Assembly (NCBI GenBank): GCA_022508745.1
Contig: JAFLUP010000001.1
Span: 3,912-67,911 of the forward strand
From: Oscillospiraceae bacterium
GTDB taxonomy: Bacteria; Bacillota; Clostridia; Oscillospirales; CAG-382
Reading direction: 5' to 3'
DNA: 64,000 nucleotides
The translations under genes were made by a program, and so were the position numbers. This document shows positions 44,143 through 52,460 of the stretch, one piece after another (within the stretch, counting starts at the first letter, position 1; the number at the start of each line of letters is the position of its first letter). The notes beneath the pieces are model-generated. The model did no database searches, had not been told where the DNA came from, and saw only the letters and a list, made by a program, of their open reading frames with translations.

Positions 44143-45610
44143 ACAGGCAACGGAATACTCCTCTGCGGAGGTGATCAAGCGAGGGCTTGCGCCGGACGGC
44201 GGTCTGTTTGTGCCTACCTCCATTCCGCAGATCACCCCGGAGCAGCTGGAACAGCTTGCCGATATGACCTATCCGGAGCGTGCGGCTGCCATTTTGGGGA
44301 TGTATCTGACCGACTATACCTCTGGCGAGCTGCTGCACGCCGCAGAGGAAGCCTACGGCAAGGAGCGGTTTTCCTCCGTGGAAACAGCGGGAACGCCCGC
44401 GCCGGTCCGTGCCGTGGGGCAGACGGAGGTGTTGGAGCTTTGGCATGGACCTACCAGTGCGTTCAAGGATATGGCGCTGCAGATCATGCCCCGGTTGCTT
44501 TCCCTGGCGCTGGAAAAGACCGGGGAGACCCGGGACGCTCTGATCCTCGTGGCGACCTCCGGGGATACCGGCAAGGCGGCGCTGGAGGGCTACGCAGATG
44601 TGCCTCGGGTGCGTATCCAGGTGTTCTACCCGGTTGACGGGGTCAGCCGCATCCAAAAGAAGCAAATGGCGACCCAGAGCGGACAAAACGTCAATGTGAC
44701 TGCCATTCGCGGCAATTTTGACGACGCGCAGAACGGCGTCAAGCAGATCTTCTCCGACCCCGAAGTGGCAAAGACGCTGGACGAGCGGGGGATCTTCCTT
44801 TCCTCCGCAAACTCCATCAACTGGGGCAGACTGGTGCCGCAGATCGTGTACTATGTTTCTGCCTACTGCGATTTGCTCCGTGCGGGGCGGATCAAGCAGG
44901 GGGAACTGCTGGACGTGACGGTGCCCACCGGCAACTTCGGCAACATCTTCGCCTGCTGTCTTGCGAAACGGATGGGTCTGCCCATCGGGCGGATGATCTG
45001 CGCTTCCAACCAGAACAACGTATTGACGGATTTCATCAACACCGGCGTGTACGATCGGCGGCGTACCTTCTACCAGACGGTGTCCCCGTCCATGGATATT
45101 CTCATCTCCAGCAATCTGGAGCGGCTCCTGTGGCTGATCGCCGGACCGGAGCGCTGCGCTGCCTATATGGAGCAGCTGAAGGAAAAGGGCTGGTACAGTG
45201 TGGAACCGGAGGTACTTGCTGCGATCCAGCAAGAGTTTTCCGCGCATTTCTGCGACGAAGGGCTGACCTGCTCCACCGTGCGGACCTATTACGAAACCTA
45301 TCACTATCTGTGCGACACCCACACGGCGGTGGCGCTTTCGGCGGCGGAGCAGTACCACGCGAAAGCAGAGTTCACCAACCGGATGCTGGTGGCTTCTACC
45401 GCGTCGCCCTATAAGTTCTCTCCCGCCGTGCTGGAAGCAATCGGCGAGGAAGTTCCTACGGACGGCTTCGAGGCGCTGCGCAGATTACAAAAACGCACCG
45501 GCGTCGCCGCGCCCGAACGGTTGCAGGCGCTGGAGCAGGAAGAGGACCGCTTCACGGAGGTCGTTTCCCCTTCGGAAATGCAGCAAGCCGTGCTGGCGTT
45601 CGGTAAATAA
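44111..45610 (+). CDS. thrC: threonine synthase (long form)
   Basis: Start at MKYVSTRG (44111). PLP-lysine motif GPTSAFKDMALQ. Confidence 0.9.
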   Translation: MKYVSTRGKTEQATEYSSAEVIKRGLAPDGGLFVPTSIPQITPEQLEQLADMTYPERAAAILGMYLTDYTSGELLHAAEEAYGKERFSSVETAGTPAPVRAVGQTEVLELWHGPTSAFKDMALQIMPRLLSLALEKTGETRDALILVATSGDTGKAALEGYADVPRVRIQVFYPVDGVSRIQKKQMATQSGQNVNVTAIRGNFDDAQNGVKQIFSDPEVAKTLDERGIFLSSANSINWGRLVPQIVYYVSAYCDLLRAGRIKQGELLDVTVPTGNFGNIFACCLAKRMGLPIGRMICASNQNNVLTDFINTGVYDRRRTFYQTVSPSMDILISSNLERLLWLIAGPERCAAYMEQLKEKGWYSVEPEVLAAIQQEFSAHFCDEGLTCSTVRTYYETYHYLCDTHTAVALSAAEQYHAKAEFTNRMLVASTASPYKFSPAVLEAIGEEVPTDGFEALRRLQKRTGVAAPERLQALEQEEDRFTEVVSPSEMQQAVLAFGK

Positions 45611-45614
45611 AAAA

Positions 45615-45635
45615 ATCACCGGGTGAACCGGTGAT
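45615..45635 (-). terminator. intrinsic terminator after the DUF1540-like gene
   Basis: ATCACCGG-GTGAA-CCGGTGAT. T-runs flank it on the minus strand only (A-runs on plus), so it is a poor terminator for thrC. Confidence 0.6.
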
Positions 45636-45651
45636 AAAAAACAGCGTTCTG

Positions 45652-45846
45652 TTATTTCTCGGAACGCTTGTTTTCGAAGGTTGCGCAGACGGTATCGCCG
45701 CAGGTGCAGGCGGTGCAGGGACCGACGCTGATGCGGTCAGCGGTGCAGTAGCACTGCCCGTCGTTGTGGACGCAGTTCTTCACGCTGCAAGTGATGCCGC
45801 GAATGTGGTCCGGCACCCGTTTGTCGTCTCTCTCGTAACGGTCCAT
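45652..45846 (-). CDS. DUF1540-like small cysteine-rich protein
   Basis: 64 aa: MDRYERDDKRVPDHIRGITCSVKNCVHNDGQCYCTADRISVGPCTACTCGDTVCATFENKRSEK. This is the tail of spurious track ORF 45652..46710. The duplicated C-x-V-x2-C..C.A..I pattern is as I recall for DUF1540. Confidence 0.72.
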   Translation of the reverse strand: MDRYERDDKRVPDHIRGITCSVKNCVHNDGQCYCTADRISVGPCTACTCGDTVCATFENKRSEK

Positions 45847-45927
45847 GATGATGACCAGTCCTTTCCGTTTCCGTTTAATATTGTCTTTTTGCGGACAAAT
45901 ACAGTATGCCCGGAAGGAGCCGTTTTT

Positions 45928-46641
45928 ATGTCTGTTTTCGCCATTGCGGATCTGCATTTGGCGCACACCATGAATAAGCCGATGGATATTTTCGGTCCGC
46001 GCTGGGAAAACCATACGGAGAAGCTGCGCGAAAATTGGCTGGAAACGGTGTCCGACGGCGACACGGTGGTCATCGCGGGAGATGTTTCCTGGGGCATGCG
46101 CATCGAGGAAGCGGAGGAAGATTTCCGTTTTCTGGAATCCCTGCCGGGGCGCAAGCTGATCTTGAAGGGCAACCACGATTACTGGTGGCAGACCATGAAG
46201 AAGTTGCAGGAATTTCGCGACCGCGTGGGCGCGTTTTCGGTGGATTTCCTGTTCAACAACGCCTACGAGGCGGAGGAGTTCATCCTTTGCGGCACGCGGG
46301 GATGGACGCTGGATACCGTTTACAACGAGGAGGACGCGAAGATCGTCAACCGGGAAACGGAACGGCTGCGCACCTCCATCCGCGCAGGGGAAAGCCTGCG
46401 GGAGAATCATCCGGAGAAGGAGCTGCTGGTGTTCCTGCATTATCCGCCCGCCTACGGGAACCTGCGCTGCCGTCCCATCTGTGATCTGCTGCATGAAAGC
46501 GGCGTCAAGCGGATCTTCTACGGGCATATGCACAATGCCGATCCGTCCCGACTGGTCCGGCAGATCGCCGGCGCGTCCTCGGAGCTGATCGCGGCGGACT
46601 ACTTGCAGTTCCGCCCGCTGAAAATCCAACCGATGAATTGA
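45928..46641 (+). CDS. metallophosphoesterase
   Basis: ATG 45928 lies 8 nt after GGAAGGAG. Motifs ADLHL, GDVSWG, GNHDYWW, LHYPP, GHMH. Confidence 0.85.
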   Translation: MSVFAIADLHLAHTMNKPMDIFGPRWENHTEKLRENWLETVSDGDTVVIAGDVSWGMRIEEAEEDFRFLESLPGRKLILKGNHDYWWQTMKKLQEFRDRVGAFSVDFLFNNAYEAEEFILCGTRGWTLDTVYNEEDAKIVNRETERLRTSIRAGESLRENHPEKELLVFLHYPPAYGNLRCRPICDLLHESGVKRIFYGHMHNADPSRLVRQIAGASSELIAADYLQFRPLKIQPMN

Positions 46642-46658
46642 CACAAACATACAAGAAT

Positions 46659-46733
46659 AGACCGTTTTTCGACCTTTTGCATATACTGCTTTTGAAACAA
46701 AAGCAGGCAAAAGGGAAAGGAACGGTCTTTTTT
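46659..46733 (+). terminator. long terminator-like hairpin + T6 abutting the start codon and containing the SD of the trans-sulfuration gene (candidate attenuator)
   Basis: Stems 46660-46666/46721-46727 (7 bp), 46673-46680/46707-46714 (8 bp) and 46686-46694/46698-46706 (9 bp, AAA loop), then TTTTTT 46728-46733 and ATG 46734. The SD AAGGGAAAGGAA lies in the 3' arm. Confidence 0.65.
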
Positions 46734-47852
46734 ATGCAGCATTTTGAAACTATGGCGGCACACGGGGCGGGAAGCGCCCGGTATGAGGGTGCGGTCAGTG
46801 TGCCGATCTTCCAGACGTCCACCTATTCCGGCAGCGAGCAGTTCTCCTACAGCCGGTGTGACAACCCCACCCGCCGGGAATTGGAGAAAACCGCGGCGCT
46901 GTTAGAGAACGGAGCGCACGGATTTGCCTTTTCTTCCGGACTTGCGGCCATCAGCGCGGTATTTTCGCTGCTGCGGCAGGGAGATCGGGTGCTGGTATCC
47001 GACGACCTGTACGGCGGTACATATCGGTTGATTCAGCAGATCTGGTCCGGCTTCGGGATCACCTTCGCCTTTGCCGACCTGCGGGATCCGGCGGTGGTGG
47101 AGAGAGAACTGCAAATCCCCACGCGGATGGTCTTCGCGGAAACTCCCACCAACCCCATGATGAAGGTGCTGCCCATCCGCGTGTTGGCGGAGCTTGCGAA
47201 GGCACGAGGCGCGATTTTCGCGGTGGATAACACCTTTTTGACCCCGTATTACCAGCGCCCTCTGGCGTTGGGGGCAGATATAGTCATCCATTCCGGCACG
47301 AAATTCCTCTCCGGGCACCATGATACCAGCTGCGGGCTGGTGATCGTAGGGGACCGCCCCGAGCTGGCGGAGCGCATGGCGCTGATCCAGCGGACGCTGG
47401 GGAACGCGCTTTCCCCCTTCGATAGCTGGCTGACTCTGCGGGGGATACAGACCCTTCCGCTCCGCATGGAAAAGCACAGCCGGAACGCGCTTGCGGTGGC
47501 GAAGTATCTGGAATCGCACCCCCGCGTGGAACGGGTGAATTATCCCGGTTTGCCTTCCCACCCGCAGCATGACCTGATGCGGGAGCAGACCACGGGAACG
47601 GGCGGGGTGCTGTCTTTTTCGCTGAAAGACGACCGGGTGGAAAGCGTGCTGCGCGGCGGGAAGCTGATCCGCTTTGCGGAAAGCCTCGGCGGGACGACCT
47701 CGCTGATCACCTATCCCCAGACCCAGACCCACGCCTCCATCCCCGCCGAGCTGCGGGAGAAGATCGGCATCACGCCCCGCCTGCTGCGCCTTTCGGTGGG
47801 GCTGGAACACACGGATGACCTGTTAGGAGATCTGGAGCGGATGTTAAAATGA
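46734..47852 (+). CDS. PLP-dependent trans-sulfuration enzyme (cystathionine beta-lyase/gamma-synthase family)
   Basis: Start at MQHFETMAAHGAG. AVSVPIFQTSTY. PLP lysine in HSGTKFLSGHHD. Confidence 0.88.
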   Translation: MQHFETMAAHGAGSARYEGAVSVPIFQTSTYSGSEQFSYSRCDNPTRRELEKTAALLENGAHGFAFSSGLAAISAVFSLLRQGDRVLVSDDLYGGTYRLIQQIWSGFGITFAFADLRDPAVVERELQIPTRMVFAETPTNPMMKVLPIRVLAELAKARGAIFAVDNTFLTPYYQRPLALGADIVIHSGTKFLSGHHDTSCGLVIVGDRPELAERMALIQRTLGNALSPFDSWLTLRGIQTLPLRMEKHSRNALAVAKYLESHPRVERVNYPGLPSHPQHDLMREQTTGTGGVLSFSLKDDRVESVLRGGKLIRFAESLGGTTSLITYPQTQTHASIPAELREKIGITPRLLRLSVGLEHTDDLLGDLERMLK

Positions 47853-47872
47853 AATTGAAAAAGGGAACGAAA

Positions 47873-47899
47873 CGGGCACCTCCCATAAAGAGGTGCCCG
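47873..47899 (+). terminator. intrinsic terminator after the trans-sulfuration gene
   Basis: CGGGCACCTC-CCATAAA-GAGGTGCCCG followed by TTAAGCTTTGTT. Confidence 0.6.
47887..47898 (+). repeat. 12-nt direct repeat AAAGAGGTGCCC, left copy
   Basis: Exact 12-mer repeated at 49181-49192. The left copy forms the 3' arm of the terminator hairpin. Confidence 0.7.
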
Positions 47900-47940
47900 T
47901 TAAGCTTTGTTACAGACTAGTCGGATCGATACCGAGTCTT

Positions 47941-49047
47941 TTATCGTGCATATTCGTTCAGTGATTCAATAACTTTTATAAATCTTTCGTTGTCACGAAT
48001 CCTATCATATCTTGTGTTTTTTAATCTGTCAAGCATATGATAGCACTGCGAATGTTCCTTCAATTCGTGAAAATCTTTGTTGGGGAAGGGATATACCAAT
48101 TTATCAGTAAATATTGAGCTGTAACCCTTCCCGTGATTTTCATTATAGGAACGGTCATACCCTACAGCGTGAATGCACATCTTCTCAAGCGAATCGAGAG
48201 CATCGTTCGCTTTTCCTTGCGAGATCTGGTACGTTGAAATGAGCCAATAATTAGATGCAAGCCTACAGTGATAAAACATAAGATCATCACCGTATATCAT
48301 CTGATAAAGCTTGTTTGAAGTGATCAACATCTCAATTTTCTTGTCCCATGTCGACGGATCGTTCGGGAGATTTTCCGCTAACGGGTAATTTGAGATTGCT
48401 ATACCTAAACAATCCGTCAGCTTGTCAATCTCGTCTTGAATATAAAATTCATCTTTGCCGTCACCGATCCCCGATGATAGCGCAAACTCACGGCAATACT
48501 TTATGGGAGCGAGCAAATTTATAGCTTTTAAGGCTTTGTCACTCTGTTTCGTGTTCCCATAGATGTTTACCAATAGATTGATTGCGTTATATCGTGTGCC
48601 CTCGTCATTACACTCGTCAATCACAGATAAGCATAAGTTCTCGATCTCGCTCAATAGAGACTTTTCATTCGTGTCTTTCCATAAATGGTATAAACATACC
48701 GCGAGATTTTCCTTGATCGCATGATCCGACGGATATTTTGATATAGCGTTTCTCGCGAAAGCAATACGCTCTTCGATCGTACCGACCTCGCCAAGACGTG
48801 ACATCTCTTTCTTTATGTTGGCAATTTCATTTTCCCGCTCCGAAAGCTTGTATCCGAGGAGCTCATCGGTGCTCACATTAAAAAAGTCAGCAAGCGACGG
48901 CAAAAGCTCAATGTCGGGATATCCGTTTTCTGATTCCCAACGAGATATCGCCTGTGGTGTAACGCCAATCGCCGTAGCAAGAGTATCTTGTGTTACCTTC
49001 TTTTCTATTCTTAATTTCTTTATGTTCATACCGATCTTTACATTCAT
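47941..49047 (-). CDS. XRE-family HTH transcriptional regulator with C-terminal helical-repeat (TPR-like) domain
   Basis: 368 aa. HTH LRIEKKVTQDTLATAIGVTPQAISRWESENGYP. The gene is ~35% GC in a ~60% GC background. Confidence 0.8.
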   Translation of the reverse strand: MNVKIGMNIKKLRIEKKVTQDTLATAIGVTPQAISRWESENGYPDIELLPSLADFFNVSTDELLGYKLSERENEIANIKKEMSRLGEVGTIEERIAFARNAISKYPSDHAIKENLAVCLYHLWKDTNEKSLLSEIENLCLSVIDECNDEGTRYNAINLLVNIYGNTKQSDKALKAINLLAPIKYCREFALSSGIGDGKDEFYIQDEIDKLTDCLGIAISNYPLAENLPNDPSTWDKKIEMLITSNKLYQMIYGDDLMFYHCRLASNYWLISTYQISQGKANDALDSLEKMCIHAVGYDRSYNENHGKGYSSIFTDKLVYPFPNKDFHELKEHSQCYHMLDRLKNTRYDRIRDNERFIKVIESLNEYAR

Positions 49048-49090
49048 TGTTCTATCTCCTAAAAAATGATTTTTGTAAGCTTACGGTTTT

Positions 49091-49118
49091 ATTATACCAT
49101 TTTCTAAAAAAGAATCAA
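49091..49118 (-). promoter_or_regulatory. sigma-A-type promoter for the HTH-TPR regulator
   Basis: Minus strand reads TTGATT-16 nt-TATAAT with an extended -10 (TGGTATAAT). AGGAG lies 8 nt before ATG 49047. Confidence 0.55.
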
Positions 49119-49180
49119 TCATCAATCGCTTGTGAACTTTATAAACGAATGGTTTATAAGCCGTCAAAGAAGAATATGAA

Positions 49181-49192
49181 AAAGAGGTGCCC
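49181..49192 (+). repeat. 12-nt direct repeat AAAGAGGTGCCC, right copy
   Basis: Exact 12-mer identical to 47887-47898. The two copies bracket the low-GC segment. Confidence 0.7.
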
Positions 49193-49300
49193 CTCGGAGA
49201 GCGTAATGCGCTTTTGATGGCCGTAAGGTTGTCAAAAGTGCTTTTGTGTTATTATTGGAAAGAGTAACAGACACCTGATACACATGCAAGGGAACAAAAA

Positions 49301-49327
49301 ACGGCATAGCCGTTATGACTATGCCGT
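49301..49327 (-). terminator. intrinsic terminator of the nifS-thiI-thioesterase operon
   Basis: ACGGCATAG / CTATGCCGT 9-bp stem. On the minus strand it is followed by TTTTTTG. Confidence 0.75.
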
Positions 49328-49370
49328 AATTCCTTATGTGAAGGGAACGAAAAAACGTTCCCTTTTCCTG

Positions 49371-49784
49371 TTACCCTTTGAAAACTTCCGTAAATTTCGC
49401 GTGCAGATCCGGGTAGTTGTGCCGCAAGATGATGGGTTTCATCTCTTTGTCCACAAAACAGTGAGTGGTAAATCCGGTGCTGCAAAGCTCGCCGTCTTTG
49501 AGCACTTCGTACTCGAATTTCATACGCACGCCCGTGTAAAGCGCGGGCTTCACCACTACCAGAAAGCGATCCTCGAAGTGCAGCAGGCGGAGATACTTTG
49601 CGTAGGCGTCCACGTTGGGAATGATGATGCCGATGTTCTCCAACTCCTGCGTGCTGAGGTTCATCTGTCGCATGAGATCCATCCGCGCTTCCTCAAAGTA
49701 CCGCAGATAGTTGGAATGATGGGCGATGCCCATTTGATCGGTCTCGTAATAGTTAACTTGACGTTCGTAGGGTTTGATTTGCAT
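49371..49784 (-). CDS. acyl-CoA thioesterase (4HBT/YbgC-like hotdog fold)
   Basis: Start at MQIKPY (RBS AAGGAAAAGAGG). VNYYETDQMGIAHHSNY motif. Confidence 0.85.
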   Translation of the reverse strand: MQIKPYERQVNYYETDQMGIAHHSNYLRYFEEARMDLMRQMNLSTQELENIGIIIPNVDAYAKYLRLLHFEDRFLVVVKPALYTGVRMKFEYEVLKDGELCSTGFTTHCFVDKEMKPIILRHNYPDLHAKFTEVFKG

Positions 49785-49801
49785 ATTGTACCTCTTTTCC
49801 T

Positions 49802-50977
49802 TTACCAAACCCGCACAATGCGGTCGGTTTCGATGGCGCGGGCGACGAGCCCTTCTACGTCCACTTTTGCTTCCTCCGCGCGGACGGCTTCCACATCCGG
49901 GCGGGTGTTGGGGTGGCGGGGAGTGAACATGGCGCAGCAGTCCTCGTAGGGCAGGGTGGAAATGTCAAAGGTGCCGATCTGCCGGGCACGGACGACGATC
50001 TCCTCCTTATCAAGCCCGATGCACGGGCGGAGAATGGGCATCTGCGCCGCGTCGTCGGTGGAGGCGATGGAAAGCATGGTCTGCGACGCCACCTGCCCGA
50101 TGGATTCCCCGGTCACGAGGGCGACTGCCCCGAATTTCCGGGCGATTTTTTCCGCACAGCGCACCATGAACCGGCGCAGCAGGATGGTAAACAGCCGCTC
50201 GTCGCACACCTTTGCCAGCTCCTCCTGCACTTCCGTCAGGCTGACGCAATGCACGCGGATGGTGCCGGCGTAGTCGGTGAGCTTGCGGGCGAGGGAAAGC
50301 ACCTTCTCCCGAGCCGCCTCGGAGGTGTAGGGAGGCGTTTCAAAGTAGACGGCGTCCAGCTCCGCGCCGCGCTTGGCGGTCATGTGCCCCGCCACGGGGG
50401 AATCAATCCCGCCGGAAAGCAGCAGCATGGCGCGGTCTTCACTGCCGACGGGAATCCCGCCTGCGCCCTTCTCCTGGATCCCGTGGAGCACGGCGACCTG
50501 ATCGCGGATCTCGATGGTGACGACCACGTCGGGGTGATGCACGTCCACCCGCAGATCCGGGCAGACTTCCAGCAGTTCCGCGCCGCAGGCGGTGCAGATT
50601 TCCGGGGATTTCAGCGGGAAGCGCTTGTCGCTGCGGCGGGCGTCGCACTTGAAGGTGCGGGCGTTGCCCAGCAGCTCCCGCGCGTGCTCGCGCAGGACGG
50701 AAAGGATGGTTTCCATGTCCTTCTCGCACTCGACGCCGCGGCAAACGGTGACGACGCCGAACACCTTTTTGAGCAGCGCGAAGGCGGCGTCCATGTCGCT
50801 GCCCTCCTCCCCCCGCACGAACAGGATGGATTGGGCGTACTCGGTATGGAACTCGCCTTCCGCTTTGCGGAGTGTCCGGCGGACGTTTTTCTCCAAAAGC
50901 TGGTTGAACCGGTTTTTATTGAGCCCTTTCAGGACGATCTCGCCGTATTTTAGCAGGATTACTTCGTTTGCAGTCAT
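49802..50977 (-). CDS. thiI: tRNA 4-thiouridine(8) synthase ThiI
   Basis: Start at MTANEVILLKYGEIVLKG. PP-loop LLLSGGIDSPVA. ATGA overlap with the upstream cysteine desulfurase. Confidence 0.92.
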   Translation of the reverse strand: MTANEVILLKYGEIVLKGLNKNRFNQLLEKNVRRTLRKAEGEFHTEYAQSILFVRGEEGSDMDAAFALLKKVFGVVTVCRGVECEKDMETILSVLREHARELLGNARTFKCDARRSDKRFPLKSPEICTACGAELLEVCPDLRVDVHHPDVVVTIEIRDQVAVLHGIQEKGAGGIPVGSEDRAMLLLSGGIDSPVAGHMTAKRGAELDAVYFETPPYTSEAAREKVLSLARKLTDYAGTIRVHCVSLTEVQEELAKVCDERLFTILLRRFMVRCAEKIARKFGAVALVTGESIGQVASQTMLSIASTDDAAQMPILRPCIGLDKEEIVVRARQIGTFDISTLPYEDCCAMFTPRHPNTRPDVEAVRAEEAKVDVEGLVARAIETDRIVRVW

Positions 50978-52107
50978 CGTTTCAGCTTCGCGCAGTCCCG
51001 CAGTGCGTCGCACAGAACCGCACATTCCTCCATGGTATTTTGCTCGCAAAAACTGATGCGGAGCGAGGTTTCGATCTCTTGATCCGGCAGCCCGTAGGCC
51101 TTCAGCACAGGGTTGCCTTTTTTCTTTTCCCGGGCGGAGCAGGCGCTTCCGGCGGAAACGCAGATTCCCCGTTCGGAAAGGAAGTTCAGCGCCCAGGAGC
51201 TGGGCACGCCGGGGATACTGAGGTGCAGGATATTGGGCAGATGCCGCTCCGGCAGATGGAACAGCAGTCCGCTGTCCTGCAGCCGCCGCAGGACTTCCTC
51301 CCGCAGGGACGCCAGATAGGGAAGCCGGTCTTTCCTCCCGCTCGCAGCGGCCGCCGCCGCGCCGAAGGCGGCAATGGCGGCGACGTTCTCCGTGCCGGAA
51401 CGCAGCCCGTTCTCCTGACCGCCGCCCAACAGCAGCGGAGGGAGCGCGTGCGCCCGTTTTCCGATATACAGCGCACCTGCGCCCTTGACGCCGCCGATCT
51501 TATGGGCGGAGAGGGTTACCACGTCGCAGCAGGCGGAGAGGCGGTCCCCCTCTACCTTCAGAAAGCCCTGTACCGCGTCGCAGTGGAGCAGCGCGTCGCT
51601 GCCGGTTTCTTCCAGGATGCGCTTCACCCGGGGCAGGTCGTACACCGCGCCGGTCTCATTATTTGCCTGCATCATGGTGACAAATGCGACGGGGGTTTGT
51701 ACGAGCGCTGTTTTCAGCCCGTCGTAGTCCAAAACGCCGCCCGCCGTGGAGAGACGTTTCACCGTAAAGCCCTGTTCCTCCAGCGCCCGCAAGGGATTTT
51801 CCACCGAAGGATGCTCGCTGTTGGTGGAGATGATCGTCCTCGCCCGTTTGCCACGCAGCTTCGCCAGTCCGAACAACGCCTGATTGTTGGATTCCGTGCC
51901 GGAGGAGGTGAAAATCAGTTCCCTCGGTTCGCAGCGGAAGGCGCGGGCGAGCCCGGCGCGCCCATCCTCCACCAGCCGGCGCGCCTGCATACCGGCGGCG
52001 TGCAGGGAGGAAGGGTTCCCGTAGGCTTCGTATGCGGTTGTCACGGCAGACAATGCCTCCATGCAGGGCGGAGCGGTCGCCGCGGAATCAAAGTAAAGAT
52101 ATGGCAT
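50974..52107 (-). CDS. cysteine desulfurase (NifS/IscS family)
   Basis: 377 aa. YFDSAATAP, PLP lysine in SAHKIGG, catalytic Cys in SAGSACS. Confidence 0.92.
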   Translation of the reverse strand: MPYLYFDSAATAPPCMEALSAVTTAYEAYGNPSSLHAAGMQARRLVEDGRAGLARAFRCEPRELIFTSSGTESNNQALFGLAKLRGKRARTIISTNSEHPSVENPLRALEEQGFTVKRLSTAGGVLDYDGLKTALVQTPVAFVTMMQANNETGAVYDLPRVKRILEETGSDALLHCDAVQGFLKVEGDRLSACCDVVTLSAHKIGGVKGAGALYIGKRAHALPPLLLGGGQENGLRSGTENVAAIAAFGAAAAAASGRKDRLPYLASLREEVLRRLQDSGLLFHLPERHLPNILHLSIPGVPSSWALNFLSERGICVSAGSACSAREKKKGNPVLKAYGLPDQEIETSLRISFCEQNTMEECAVLCDALRDCAKLKR

Positions 52108-52268
52108 GACGTTCGGTTCCGTTTCTTGTGTTCGGATATGCTACATTATACAGCGAATCGATCCGTTCGTCAACCGAAAAAAGAGGATGGGAACCCAAAA
52201 AGAGGGCAAAGAATCTTTAACATTTTGTAAACTTTTCCCTTTTCGGGAAGCCTTTATGAAAATTTCTA

Positions 52269-52297
52269 TTTACAGATGGTAAAAAAAAGAGTATAAT
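52269..52297 (+). promoter_or_regulatory. sigma-A-type promoter for rny
   Basis: TTTACA-17 nt-TATAAT. Predicts a ~155-nt 5' leader. Confidence 0.6.
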
Positions 52298-52460
52298 AGA
52301 TCAGATCGAACGCTTTTTCGATTTTATATAGATTGTATGAAGAAATGTATCCGTGCGGATCCGTTGTATACGGCCGTTATCTGCGCGGAAAAACCAAATA
52401 CAGTTCCATATGGAAATCGGGGAAGCATGGATTTGAAAATATATTGAAGGAGGCAAATCT

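Larger units (their letters stand above)
47899..49180. other. low-GC (~35%) inserted segment carrying a single regulator gene
   Basis: Abrupt drop in GC relative to both flanks. Lies between two convergent operon terminators and is bracketed by the 12-nt direct repeat. No integrase or transposase is present. Confidence 0.6.

Noticed and set aside
49066-49217. Small ORFs upstream of the HTH-TPR regulator as candidate signalling pro-peptides (MIFVSLRFYYTIF, MVYKPSKKNMKKRCPSESVMRF, MKKRCPSESVMRF)
   Set aside because: None has a Shine-Dalgarno sequence, and none resembles known secreted pro-peptides (there is no signal-like hydrophobic core followed by a mature peptide). The 88 nt downstream of the regulator contain no ORF. 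A peptide-sensing role therefore remains unsupported.
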